A stretch of 64,000 nt of DNA. It comes from the human T2T-CHM13v2.0 reference genome, Homo sapiens. A model generated the notes under the pieces. The model was not told the origin of the DNA, did no database searches, and saw nothing but the letters and a program-made list of their open reading frames with translations. The translations under genes were made by a program, and so were the position numbers. This document shows, piece after piece, positions 45,603-64,000 of the stretch (within the stretch, counting starts at the first letter, position 1; every line of letters starts with the position of its first letter). The DNA is taken from the NCBI RefSeq assembly GCF_009914755.1, contig NC_060928.1; one strand, given 5' to 3'.

Positions 45603-46526
45603 TATTTTTCTTAAACTCAGAAGGAAAAGGCCTTATGTCTAGATACTGTTTCTATTTTTTCTTGAGCCTTTAGGTTCAGGAGTTAAAGCTTCTGCGCTTC
45701 CTTTAAGAAGGTAAGAAGTTTGTTACAGAGAGATGTGAATGATGTCTTTCTTTTTTATGTTTAGGACTTACTCCATAGATTTAGGAAAGTCATAACATAT
45801 AGTCATAAACCACTATTATTTTTCTGTCTTTGGGCTGCAGTGTGGCATATATGAAAGTCAATTTCTGAAGGAACTTAGATCTTTTTTTAATGCTAATGTC
45901 TTTTCTAAAATTTACCATTGTTCGAGTAATTGAAGGTTTTTTTGTGGGGTTTCTTTGGCTTTTATAAAGGATCACCAGAATTCGATAACCTTTTTTTGAA
46001 GTTTTTCTCCTTAATTTGACTTTCAAATATGGTCCTTTATATAGCACTGTAATAATTCACTTACAAGGAAAAATGTTTTTCTATTATTGACTTATTTGAA
46101 AAGCACTTGTAGTGTTGGATATAGTATTTATAGTGAAGATAGTGGTTCAATCCCACAGAATAACCTATAATTAATATAAAATTGCTTGGAGTTACTCAAA
46201 TAAAAATGAAAATTAAAAAGTTATTAGATAATCACCTATTACATTTTCCTTGTTAGCACATATATTACATTCTAGAGAAACTGTCTGCTTATAGGTAGAG
46301 ACTGTTGTTGAACTTTAAATTGTTCTACCCCGTAAGGAAAGCAGTTGTTATGATACTTATACAGTAGAAAAACAGGCCTTCAGCAAAATGAGGCTTCTTG
46401 TGATATGGATTGCTCTGGGGCCACTCCTTCTCCACAAATCACTGAAGCGCATGACTGCTTGAACTAAGAGAACAAAACCATTTTCATTGAATCATAGCAC
46501 CCCCTAGCATCCTAATAATTTATGGG

Positions 46527-46857
46527 TTTTTGTTGTTGTTGTTGTTGTTTTGTTTTGTTTTGTTTTGTTTTGTTTTTGAGATGGGATCTCACTCTGTCAC
46601 CCAGGATGGAGTGCTGTGGGGTGATCACAGATTACTGCAGCCTCGACCTCTCAGGCTCAAGTGATCCTCCCACTTCAGCCTCCTGAGTAGCTGGCACTAC
46701 AGTTGCGTGCCACCACACCAGGCTAATTTTTATATTTTTTGTAGAGATGAGGTCTTGCTGTTGCCCAGCCTGGTCTCAAACTTCTGAACTCAAGCAATCC
46801 TCCTGTATTGGCCTCCCAAAGTGCTGGGATTACAGGTGTGAGTCACCAGGCCCAGCC
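46527..46857 (-). mobile_element. AluJ with (GTT)n(GTTTT)n tail microsatellite
   Basis: Full diverged dimer. Confidence 0.9.
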
Positions 46858-47175
46858 AAGAATTTGTGTTTTTAGAAGTCAAAGGAACATTTTGTTTATG
46901 CTTATAAAACAAACCATGAATCTTGTAAGATCTGATATCTCATATTCTTCTGACGAAGGAGAAGAGGCCTTTGAAAGATTACATGGAAATTATGGGGAAT
47001 GTGAAGAGTCATCATTGTTATTGAAAATAATTTTTATATTTGTTTTCTAGGGAATATGGGGGTATGGACGCAGATAATAAACTATGGCTGAACATCTTGT
47101 GTCCTATGTAGAAGTGGTCAAAGAGACAGTGTTTTTCCACCCAAGTGCCTAAGAATATTGATGTGTGTGTTGCAG

Positions 47176-47335
47176 GTACTTCTCCCAGCAGCTGGTCTCT
47201 TACAGTTACAGGATGTGAAGAAGACTTGTGAATTTTTGGAATCCCAGCTTCACCCTGTCAACTGCTTAGGAATCCGGGCTTTTGCTGATATGCATGCATG
47301 TACCGACCTTCTGAACAAGGCCAACACCTATGCAG
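47176..47335 (+). CDS. KLHL2: KLHL2-like exon 5 (160 bp), end of BTB and start of BACK, with a GC donor
   Basis: Acceptor ttgcag|GTA; encodes [53 protein letters not shown]; homology ends at CAG|GCAAGT. Confidence 0.93.
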
Positions 47336-47576
47336 GCAAGTGGAGTAGACCTCAGCTGAATTTGGGAGGAAACTGCTTGGTTTTTGATATGATTCTACAG
47401 TGGTCTCTGGAAAGTCATGTCATATTTCTGGATCTGGGCTTTAAAAACATACATTTAAAATCTTATAATGGTCACACTGCATAACTGAAGCATACTCATA
47501 AAATTCTGAACTTAAAAAGCAAGCAACTATACATTGGGATTGGGCCTGAATAATAGAATAGCTAGGAATAGCTAGG

Positions 47577-47674
47577 TTTTTTTTTTTTTTGAGACGGAGT
47601 CTTGCCCTGTCACCCAGGTCGTGGTGTGGTGGTGCAATCTTGGCTCATTGTAACCTCCGCCTCCAGGGTTCAAG
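47577..47674 (-). mobile_element. Alu right-arm fragment
   Basis: Poly-T plus about 85 bp of Alu 3' end. Confidence 0.85.
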
Positions 47675-48139
47675 AAGAGTAGCTGTATGTATTTTTCTTT
47701 CAAATTGTTAAATGAATAGGCATATGAGAAACTGTATGCATGTGAAGTTATTTTAGCTCTGATTTTTTATTCTTTTTTTTTTTTGCATCTATGAAAACAA
47801 TTTTGTGGCTTAAAAAAATCTTCAAAGCAGTGAAATATAGATATGTTTGGTGGAGTAGAAAAGTAGACCACCAATAGAAGCAGCCCACTCCTTGCATGCT
47901 GGTTCCATGGCCTACTGCTACTGCTGGCATCTCCCTGTGGCAGAGGGAGGGCCTGTTGCTGTTTTCAAGGAGCCCTTGCTTTAGCTGCTGTTCAGGCCCT
48001 TCAGGCCCCTCATCTCTGCAGTTGGGGAGGGGAGATTGTTATAGCTTTGAATGCACACACATAGTTCACAAATGTAATCTATATTTTATTTGAGTTTATA
48101 AACAATTAAAAATATATATTGAAAGTGATTATTAGGAAA

Positions 48140-48622
48140 TTTCTTTTATTTTTATTTATTTATTTATTTTTAAATTATACTTTATGTTTTAGGGTACATG
48201 TGCACAACATGCAGGTTAGTTACATATGTATACATGTGCCATGCTGGTGCGCTGCACCCACTAACTCGTCATCTAGCATTAGGTATATCTCCCAATGCTA
48301 TCCCTCCCCCCTCCCCCCACCCCACCACAGTCCCCAGAGTGTGATATTCCCCTTCCTGTGTCCATGTGATCTCATTGTTCAATTCCCACCTATGAGTGAG
48401 AATATGCGGTGTTTGGTTTTTTGTTCTTGCGATAGTTTACTGAGAATGATGATTTCCAATTTCATCCATGTCCTTACAAAGGACATGAACTCATCATTTT
48501 TTATGGCTTCATAGTATTCCATGGTGTATATGTGCCACATTTTCTTAATCCAGTCTATCATTGTTGGACATTTGGGTTGGTTCCAAGTCTTTGCTATTGT
48601 GAATAATGCCGCAATAAACATA
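48140..48622 (-). mobile_element. Young 5'-truncated L1 (L1PA2/PA3-like) 3' end
   Basis: Poly(A)-derived T-rich tract, 3' UTR with G-rich tract, ORF2 C-terminus (ORF 48379..48621); diagnostic site reads GATGACGAGTTAG (GAG, not the L1HS ACA or ACG). Confidence 0.9.
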
Positions 48623-48669
48623 CTTTTCTTTTTTTAGTTTCTTTATGCTTTCATTGAATGATTACATCC

Positions 48670-49151
48670 TTTTTTTTATTCTAATAGCTTTAGGAGTACA
48701 AGTGGTTTTTGGTTACATGGATGACTTGTATAGTCACGAGGTCTGGGATTTTAATGTACCCGTCACTTGAGTAGTAGACATTGTACTCTAATCGGTAGTT
48801 TTTCATCCATCACCATCCTCTCAACCTCCCCACTTCTGAGTCTCCCATGTCCATTATACCACTCTGTCTGCCTTTGCATACTGATAGCTTAGCTCCCACT
48901 TATAAGTGTGAACATGTAGTATTTGGTTTTCCATTCCTTAGTTACTTAACTTAGAATAATGGCCTCCAGTTTCATCCAAGTTGCTGCAAAAGACATTATT
49001 TCTTTCTTTTTTTATGGTAGAGTAGTATTCCATCATATATATATATATACATACACACACACACACGTACGTATATACACATGTATATATGTACACACAT
49101 GCATATACATATATGTCTACATACGTATATGTATGCGTGTATATATGTGTA

Positions 49152-49195
<44 letters not shown>

Positions 49196-50002
49196 ACATT
49201 TTCTTTATCCACTCATTGGCTGATGGGCACTTAGGTTGATTCTATATCTTTGCAATTGTGAATTGTACTGTGATAAACATACATATCTGGTGTCTTTTTG
49301 ATTTAGTGATTTCTTTTCCTTTAGGTAGATACTCGGTAGTGAAATTGCTGGATTGGATTTTAATTTCTTTGAGGAATCTCCAGACTGTTTTCCATAGAGG
49401 TTGTACGAATTTACATTCCCACCAACAGCATATAAGCGTTCCCGTTTCACCACATCCACACCAACATCTATTGTTTTTTCACTTTTAATAATAGCTATTC
49501 TGGTTAGGGCAAGGTGGTATCTCGCTGAGGTTTTAATTTGCATTTTCCTGATGATTAGTGGTGTTCAGCATTTCTTTCATGTTTGTTGACCATTTGTATA
49601 TCTTCTTTTTAAGAAATATCTGTTCATGTCATTTGCCCACTGTTTAATGGGATTATTTGATTTTTTCTTGCTGACTTGTTTGAGTTCCTTTTAGATTCTG
49701 GATATTAGTCCTTTGTCAGAGGCATAGTTTGCAAATATTTCCTCCCATTCTATAGGTTGTGTGTTTACTCTGGTGATTATTTCTTTGGTCTTGTGGAAGT
49801 TTTTTTTTGTTTAATTAGGTCCCATTTATTTATTTTTGCGTTTGTCACATTTGCATTTGGGGTCTTTGTCATAAATTTTTTGTTTTGGCCAATGCCCAGA
49901 AGTTTTTCCTAAGTTTTCTTCTAGAATTTTGATGGTTTCAGGTCTTAGATTTAAGTCTTTAATCCATCTTGGGTTAATTTTTATATATGGTGAGAGATAG
50001 GG
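48670..50002 (-). mobile_element. Older L1 (L1PB/L1MA-like), 3' portion, host of the nested L1PA
   Basis: Degenerate ORF2 C-terminal peptides (49205..49543, 49826..50014) and an older-type 3' UTR. Confidence 0.85.
49035..49195. repeat. Compound (TA)/(CA)/(TG) microsatellite
   Basis: About 160 bp of almost continuous purine-pyrimidine alternation. Confidence 0.95.
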
Positions 50003-50022
50003 ATCTCTCACCATATATAAAA
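49979..50022. repeat. Perfect 20-bp inverted repeat with a 4-nt loop
   Basis: TTTTATATATGGTGAGAGAT-AGGG-ATCTCTCACCATATATAAAA. Confidence 0.95.
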
Positions 50023-55354
<5,332 letters not shown>

Positions 55355-55358
<4 letters not shown>

Positions 55359-56128
55359 AGTTTATGTTTTTGTATGCTTTGTTGGAGATCAGTCGTTTCT
55401 AAATATTTACTTTATTTCTGGGTTCTCTCTTCTGTTCCATAGGTCTACATATCTACTTATATGCCAGTGCCATGCTGTTCTGGTTATGATACCCTTATAT
55501 TAGTATAATTTGAAGTCAGGTAATGTCATGCCTCTAGATTTGTTCTTTTTGCTTAGGATTACATTGGCTATTTGGGCTTTTTAAAAAAAATTCCATATGC
55601 ATTTTAGGATTTTTTTTTTCTAATTCTGTGAAGAGTGATGATATTTTGATAGGAATTGCATTGACTCTGTAGATTGCTTTGGACAGTATGGTAATTTTCA
55701 TGGTATTGATTCTTCTAATCTATGAACATGGGATGTATTTCCATTTGTTTGTGTCATCTATGATTTCTTTAAGCAGTGTTTTGTAGTTCTCCTTGTAGAG
55801 TTCTTCACCTCCTTGGTTAAATATATTCCTAAGTATTTTATTTTATTTTATTTTGTAGCTATTATAAAAGGGATTGAGTTCTTAATTTGATTCTCAGCTT
55901 GGTCATTGTTGGTGTGTAGCAGTGCTACTGATTTATGTACATGGATTTTGTAACCTGAGGCTTTACTGAATTCATTTATCAAAGCTAGGCGCCTTTTGGA
56001 GGAGTCTTTAGGGCTTTCTAGGTATAAGATCATATCATCAGCAAACAGAGATAGTTTGACTTTCTCTTTTCCAATTTGGATGCCCTTTATTTCTTTCTTT
56101 TGCCTGATTACTCTGTCTAGGACTTACA
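55355..56128 (-). mobile_element. Continuation of the older L1 ORF2
   Basis: Peptide [30 protein letters not shown] (55848..56033); collinear with the 48670-50002 piece. Confidence 0.85.
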
Positions 56129-57891
56129 GAAGTTGCTAATTTGTTTTTAAACTATATTTCTGGGAGATAAATCTGGTAGAAGTTACAATCCACCAACTGC
56201 CTGCAAGACTCTGCTTTGCATCTATGAGACTCAATAGGAATAGTTCCTATGGAAGCTTCTGTGTTCACTGCTCCTTTAATAGGCTCTAGAACTGTAACTT
56301 CCCCAGCTTTCAAATGCAAGAGCCGTTTGTCTAAACTGCTTCAGTGTGCTTACTCTGATGAGTAAGGAAGCTTTTGGTCCATAGATCTGGGTAAGGGAGA
56401 ATGCATGTGTGTATATATATGTGTGTCTCTGCCTGCACAGAGCATTGGAGAGTAGTAGTCCTAGAATCCCTATTTCATTTACCAAATAAATAATGGTTCA
56501 AAGTGGTTAGTTGAAAAAACAAAAACCAGAGTGCTTCACTAAATCACAGTAGGTCCAATAAATTTAGACCTTATTGATTTCTATTGGGTGGCCTGATGGC
56601 CTAACTGCCCTTTAGAAAATTATTTCAGTGAAAAAATGTGATCTGAGTTCTAGGAAGCCGATTTACAGATGAGCTTTTAGAACACAACCCTTCTGTAAGT
56701 TGGGGAATGCCTGTAGTGTGTAACACTATTCATGCAGCACTTTTGAATAGAATGAAGCATTTTATGAAAAACCAAAGACAAATATGAATTTATTGGTGTA
56801 TTCCAATGCAAGCAATTCTGTTCAACTAAGTAGAAAATATTACTTCTAAATTCAGATTCCATTAACTGCTAGACTTAATGCACCTGTTATAAGTGACTTC
56901 TATTAGGAAAACCAAGAAAGATTTCATATTTTTAGATATTTTTTGCTGCATGAAACAATCACTGTTTAACCTTTTATCTTTCCTGGGCTGCCAGTTTTCT
57001 CTATAGTGCTTGATAAATGTTACTGACTGCTAATGGGGAGAGGAGGGTCAGTGCCTGGGGAGAGAATGAATAAAGTAGGATTAATGCACAGGATATCCAA
57101 ACATAGTTCATATGATGTACTAGAACTCTTAGTTTTGCTTATATCAGAAGCAACTCATTTACTGTGTTTTTAGGAGATCATTAGATTTTTAAAAATCTTT
57201 CTCTTATTTAAAATCTTAAATTTATTCTAGTATACTACAAAATATAAAAAATTTTCCACCAGAATTAGAACACTTCTGTTTCCTAGTTTGTAGTGTCCTC
57301 CTTTGTAATTATGCCAAGAATTTTTCATGAAAAATTATTCACTTTCAGTAAAATTATAAAGAAGCATTGATTCTTCATTTTTAATGCACTATATTTTGCA
57401 TCTGAATCTAGCTTTAAAGGATGTACTGCTTTTATACCACGCCTCTGAATCTTGTATTTGCTTGAGTTTCTTAGGTTTTAGGTAACATTTTAAAACATCT
57501 TTCATTATGAAAAATTGCAAGCATGTACAAGAATAGAATAGTACTCATCATCCAACTTCAACAGTTGTCAACTCAGGGACAATTTTGTTTTAATTATAAC
57601 CTTCATTACTCCCCTTCCCTTTTTTTTATATGCAAACATTTTACTGAAGTCTAATGCACATATAGAAAAGTACACAAATCATGTCTACAGCTTGAGGAAT
57701 TTTATACATCCTCTTGTATTATCTTGAAGGAATTGTCATGCTTTACCTATGTATTTCATCCTTATATTTTAAACAAATGCCATTACAAAGACCATGCTTG
57801 TATAATGAAGCTATTTCTATATCTTTGGTGTATTGATAACTAGTTGCAACAAACTTTCCAAAATAATCCAGAATAATACTATAAAACAGTT

Positions 57892-58247
57892 TGATATGGT
57901 TTGGCTATGTCGCCACCCAGATCTCATCTTGAATTCCCATGTGTGGTGGGAAGGACCCAGTGGGAAGTAGTTGAATCATGGGGGCAGGTCTTTCCTTTGC
58001 TGTTCTTGTGATAGTGAGTAAGTCTCACAAGATCTAATGGTTTTAAAAATGGGAGTTTCCCTGCACAAGCTCTCTCTCTTTGCCTGCTGCCATCCATGTA
58101 AGACATGACTTGCTCCTCCTTGCCTTCCACCATCATTGTAAGGCCTCCCCAGCCACGTGGAACTATAAGTCCATTAAACCTCTTTCTTTTGTAAATTGCC
58201 TAGTCTTGCATATGTCTTTATCAGCAGCATGAAAACAGACTAATACA
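57892..58247 (+). mobile_element. THE1 solo LTR (ERVL-MaLR)
   Basis: TGATATGGTTTGGCT...CAGACTAATACA termini, about 356 bp, flanked by CAGTT and CAATT. Confidence 0.92.
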
Positions 58248-58767
58248 CAATTGTTCCTCATAGTGAAACTATCTGATTGTTGTTGACATTTTAAGCAAAT
58301 ATGAGGTGGGGAGATAAGGAGTCCATGCAGTAAGATGTCTATAGCTCCTTTTCTACCATAAACAAATAATTGTTGTTTAGGTGATTTGTCTTTAAAGCAC
58401 TCTATTTGTCCAGAAAATTTACCCAAACCTTCAAATTACTTTCAAGTCAAATCACATAGCTTGTGAAGAACTCCAAGAGGGTGACGGGACACAGTGGCAG
58501 TAAAGTTAATATTTTTCCTTTTCTTTTTCTTTTCCCTATCATAGGCAGTAGGACTTGTGACAGGCTTTTCTAGGTAGGAATGAAAAGAAGGAAGGGAAGA
58601 AATAAATAGCAATAAATGACTCAATACATACATACATATATACAAGTAAAGCAGAAGGGAGGAGAAAGAAGCTGAGGGAAAAAAGGATGGATAAGGAGAG
58701 AAAGCCTGCAGGACCTCGGGGTATTGTCTGGTCCATGGTGTGACTGCATATAAGAAGAGCACTCTCG

Positions 58768-59146
<379 letters not shown>

Positions 59147-60011
59147 CTAGAATACATTATAATTAAATTAAATTGTACAGGTATAATGAAAAAATTAACA
59201 GTGTTCCATGGAGATCTCTTCCATGAACTCATGCTTATTTTTAATAACATCAGTATCTTTAGGGAAAGTAAAAATGTGAGCAACCAAATGGGTAGGTTAG
59301 AGAGTGAGAGCAGGGGAGGATGTGGAATCCACACTGCTCACCCTGAGACGCTCTCGTGGCTTCAGCAGCGTGGCTCTGGCAGTGACAGCCCGTCGCACTG
59401 AACACCCTGCTTCTCCAAGGCGTGGAGTGACAGCTCAGTGTGACCAGACCACCCAGGTTAAATGGCCTGCATGCTGAGGCATGGTGTTCTGGACTATGGT
59501 CAGCCTTTGTTACACTCCTGAAACATTTATTTTATTTTATTTTATTTTAGCTTAAAAAGCTGTATGAAATTATTTTTTGTATCATGTCTAAAAATGAAAT
59601 TTTTCTCAGTTAACCCCAACTGTACTAACTTATTCAGAGAGTGCTGGTTTGTGGACTCTTCTCATGTTTCTTGGGTGGTATCTATATTTTAACCATTTCT
59701 CAAATCATTAGCACCTTTATTTTTAGCATTTTTGGCAGGCCAAAAATATAGAGGAGATAAAAATTGAACTCATTGGTTTAGATGCATCTTAATAGTTCTA
59801 GCAAAAGACTCTTTGGAAATTGGATTTTAATTATAACTTGAAATATGAATTTTATTCAGTATTTCTTGTTGATAGCCAAGCACATTTAAGGGGAAAAAAA
59901 TTGTTTCAGATTTTTAGTCATTCCTATACATCACCACTTCCCATACTGAAAATTTGAGAAACTACTTAGTACTAGTTCTAACTGATCTTTGGCGAAGTTT
60001 GTGGTATCATT

Positions 60012-60594
<583 letters not shown>

Positions 60595-60932
60595 TCATTT
60601 TATTTTCCATTCTTTGGCTCTTAACTCTGTTATTAGTTTATATATCCCAGGCCCCGGTGGTAGTAACTACTTTACCCAGGCCTGTTCAGGCATCCCTCAC
60701 TGTCCAGCTTCTGTCCTTTCCACTAGGCCTATAAAATGATCAAACTTTTTTATATGCACAAGTATTTTCATGTGTGTCCCCTCTGTCTTTGTCGTAAACG
60801 AAACTTTGTGTTTCTCCCAAACCTGTATGTCGTGAGCAGACTTCTCGAAGGGATCACTCACCACAGCTCACTGGGAACCTAGGTAGAAGGGTACCACTTC
60901 CAGACCATTGCTCTCGCTGCCATCAGCCTCAC

Positions 60933-62399
60933 TTTTTTTTTTCACTGTTTACTACAAAACAAAGTAATTTTAAGATATTTTTTAAAATTGACGTTAAGAA
61001 GCTAGATTAGGTAACTTCTTATAATATGTGACATTAAATATTTTGAGAAATTCTTGGTTTCATTGGAAGGCATTTGTAATGATAAACCTTTTTTCAGTTA
61101 TAATAAGATACTAAGCAGAGATAATTTTGTCATCCCAGATAGCAATTTCTTATTAACAATTGATAATATTTGAACTGAAAGAGATTCTTGGCTTTATTTC
61201 TATATTTTTTTCTATTTAGGTATTTAACTTTTTTGACATCCTCTTATCCCCTCAATAGGATCCGAAATATGTCTAAAATTAATTCAAAAGAAAACTATTT
61301 GAATTATTGCTTGTGTTTGAAAACAGTACTTACTGTAGTATTCCACAGTTTCTTCTTTTTTTTAGGCTAAGACAATTAAATAAAAATGTAATGGATAAGA
61401 AATATAGTTGAAGTCACAATAAAGTATATTTTCTTTTATGGACATAAAACATAAATTTTAAATGTTGGCTATTTAAGAAAAAAATTCTCCTGGTAAATAT
61501 TATGCATAACCATTGCTCAAAAATGTATACAGCTGTTTTCCAACATATTTATATACATAGTGGTTCACTTAAGACCAGCCCTGTTAGAACCTTCTGAATA
61601 TAATGTGCTCTTAATTTATAAATGGGCTACCCTCAGTGTATAAAATATATAGGCATATATGTTATACATACAAAGTAAAAAATATAAAAAGGAAAGATGG
61701 AAGAAAAAAGAAAGTATCCTTTCCTATAAGATCCAGACAGAAAGTCATTATAATTAGTGGGACCATGGAAAATATTGGAAGGATTTCAGTTTTGGCAAAT
61801 ACTTTTCAGAAAAATATCCAAGCTATGAGAACACTAAATGTCTATCTTAATAATTTAGTAGATGTTTCTATTCAAACATTCAGTGAAGGTGTTTCCATCT
61901 TCTACTATGTAGAAAAGAAGACTTTTGGGGTGTCTGTTAAAAGCGAAGAGCTGCTCATTTTTAACAGGTTAGTAATAACCTTTTAATCAAGTATATGTCA
62001 TGCAGAGACTCAAGTCCTGTTCCAGTAGTGTTTGAGTATGTTTGATGGAAGATTCCAATGGTGAGCATCTGAATTCTTCGTACATCTTAGAGGGAATGGA
62101 GCAGGATGTTATGGCAAAGGAGGGGGTCAGCCCCAAAGGTAGCTGGCCCAACCTTAACTGTGGATGTTAAAAAAAAAAACACACACACACACACACACAC
62201 ACCAAATATTTCTATAGCATTCTTTTTGCTGCATTTTCTTTATTTTAAGCCACAGGTCTACTTGGAGGGTCACGCAGCAAGTGGCTTATAAATAAAATCA
62301 AAGTCTATGAATAGTGTCATCGCATTAAGAGACAATTGCTGGGTTGTTCTTTCATTATGTAAAAAGCTCGCATCTTGGGAATCCATGAGTTGGTAGGTT
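60933..62399 (-). other. Probable 3' UTR-derived part of the GK retrocopy
   Basis: AT-rich sequence with no recognisable interspersed repeat, directly after the GK stop. Contains (CA)n at about 62179-62201, a minus-strand AATAAA near 61192-61197, and a T10 run at 60933-60942 that could be the poly(A) remnant. Distal boundary uncertain. Confidence 0.5.
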
Positions 62400-64000
62400 T
62401 TATGGAATACCTGAGATGTACCTTGCTCTGATTAACATTGCCATGCTACTCACTATAAAAAAGCCCAAGGGCAGACTACAGAAGACACTAGGGTCACCAC
62501 TTTCTGGAGATTGAGTTGTAACCCAACCCATTGACTTCATCACAGCTTTCTTCCATGTAGAATAACGAATTTCACTTTCCTCAGCATTAATCTGAGGTTC
62601 AAACCGCTCCATTGTGACGGCGGAGAAATCCTCAGGTTCAAGACTCCATACGACGACTCCTTCTGCAGCCCCTGCCGCCATGGCAGCACCCAATGCAGTG
62701 GTTTCGGGCATCAAGGGCTTCACTACTGGAATATACAGAATGTCTGCTTGTAGCTGCATAAGAATTTTGTTGCTGGTCCTTCCTCCATCAACCTGCAAAT
62801 GACTGAGTGGAATTCCACAGTCTCAATTCATGGCATCCAAAATCTCTCGAATATGGAAACAAACAGCTTCTAATGCAGCAAAAGCAATATGGCATTTATT
62901 GGTAAACTGAGTGAGTCCACAGATTATCCCTCTTGCGCTGGGCTCCCAATAAGGTGCATATAACCCCGAAAATGCTGGGACGAAGTAGCTGCCATAAGAA
63001 GTACCTACTTCTTTAGCAAGTTTTTCAATTTCTTCTGAGGTCTTTATAATTCCAAGATTGTCTCTTAGCCAGCGAATAACAGCACCAGCTATAGCTACAG
63101 AACCTTCCAAAGCATAATATACCGGTTTGTCTCTGCCAAGTTTGTAAGCCATTGTGGTGAGAAGGCCATGATCAGAAAATACACACTTATGGCATGTATT
63201 ACATAGTAAGAAATATCCTGTTCCATACGTATTTTTGGCTTGTCCAATCTGGAAACACATTTGTCCCACCAGTGCAGCAGACTGGTCCCCTGAACACCCA
63301 GATATTGGCACACCTTCCAAGGCCCCAGCTTTCATTAGGCCATAGATCTCAGAAGAACTCCGAACATGTGGAAGAATTTCCGTTGGAATTCCAAAAAATT
63401 CACAGAGTTGTTTATCCCATTCCAAAGAATGAATGTTGAAAAGCATAGTCCTACTTGCATTTGTTACATCTGTACAGTGGACACCTCCATTGACGCCTCC
63501 TGTCAAACTCCAAATAAGCCATGAATCAATAGTCCCAAAAAGAGCTCGTTTTTCTTCAACGGCCTTTTGAACTTTTCTCACATTGTCAAGGAGCCAGCGA
63601 AGTTTCACTGCACTGAAGTAAGTGTTAAGTGGAAGGCCTGTCTTGGACTTGACAAAGTTATTATTTCCTGGAATTCTCTTACTAAGACTCTCAACGGTAG
63701 ACTGTGTTCTTAGTTCAAGCCACACCACAGCATTGTAGAGAGGCTCTCCAGTTATCTTGTCCCAGACTACAGTGGTTTCCCTCTGGTTGCTGACACCAAT
63801 AGCTTTTATGTTGGAAATACCAATATTGAGCTGTCCAAGTTTCTCACATGTTTTCGCTATACACTCATAGACAGAATGTAGAATTTCCTTAGGGTCCTGT
63901 TCCACCCATCCTTCTCTTGGGAACTCTTGTTTTATTTCCACTTGATGATGACTAAGTAGTTCAGCTGTTCTTGAATTGAAAACCAAAAAGCGCGTGGAAC
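62400..64000 (-). pseudogene. GK6P: Processed glycerol kinase pseudogene (GK3P-like); 5' end lies beyond the window; in-frame stop at 62823-62825
   Basis: ORFs 62823..63986 and 62400..62798 are in the same frame, separated by TGA plus 8 codons (DCGIPLSH). FGGY kinase motifs are present ([52 protein letters not shown]) with no introns. GK family identity is secure; the pseudogene symbol is from memory. Confidence 0.9.

Noticed and set aside
62823-63986. 387-aa ORF as an intact stand-alone gene
   Set aside because: It starts at an internal TTG of a frame that continues past the window edge and ends at a premature stop that removes the DGG nucleotide-binding region.

Overview
Primate DNA, almost certainly human: AT-rich, intronic and repeat-dense (Alu, L1, L2, MIR, MaLR LTRs, MER2, and a near-consensus HERV-K LTR5_Hs). 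The + strand carries four phase-compatible exons (3422-3547, 13254-13360, 23203-23324, 47176-47335) encoding the BTB domain and the start of the BACK domain of KLHL2/Mayven (exons 2-5). The - strand carries an intronless glycerol kinase retrocopy (62400 to beyond 64000) nested after exon 5, which is the KLHL2/GK3P arrangement. Both genes look damaged relative to the reference proteins as I remember them. The KLHL2 exons read GGMSES instead of GEMSES and KTCEF instead of KTCCEF. The GK copy has an in-frame TGA at codon 413 and several substitutions. The best reading is that this is the segmental-duplicate paralog (KLHL2P1 with a GK pseudogene, which I recall at 4q26), not the parent locus. Other notable items are a solo LTR5_Hs inserted in an Alu with a 5-bp TSD, a tailless U4 snRNA retrocopy, an L1-in-L1 insertion with a perfect 20-bp foldback junction and no TSD, and a 97-bp local duplication with hairpin potential. 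I see no evidence of a new multi-gene system. Repeat boundaries are approximate, and comparisons with reference sequences are from memory and need alignment.
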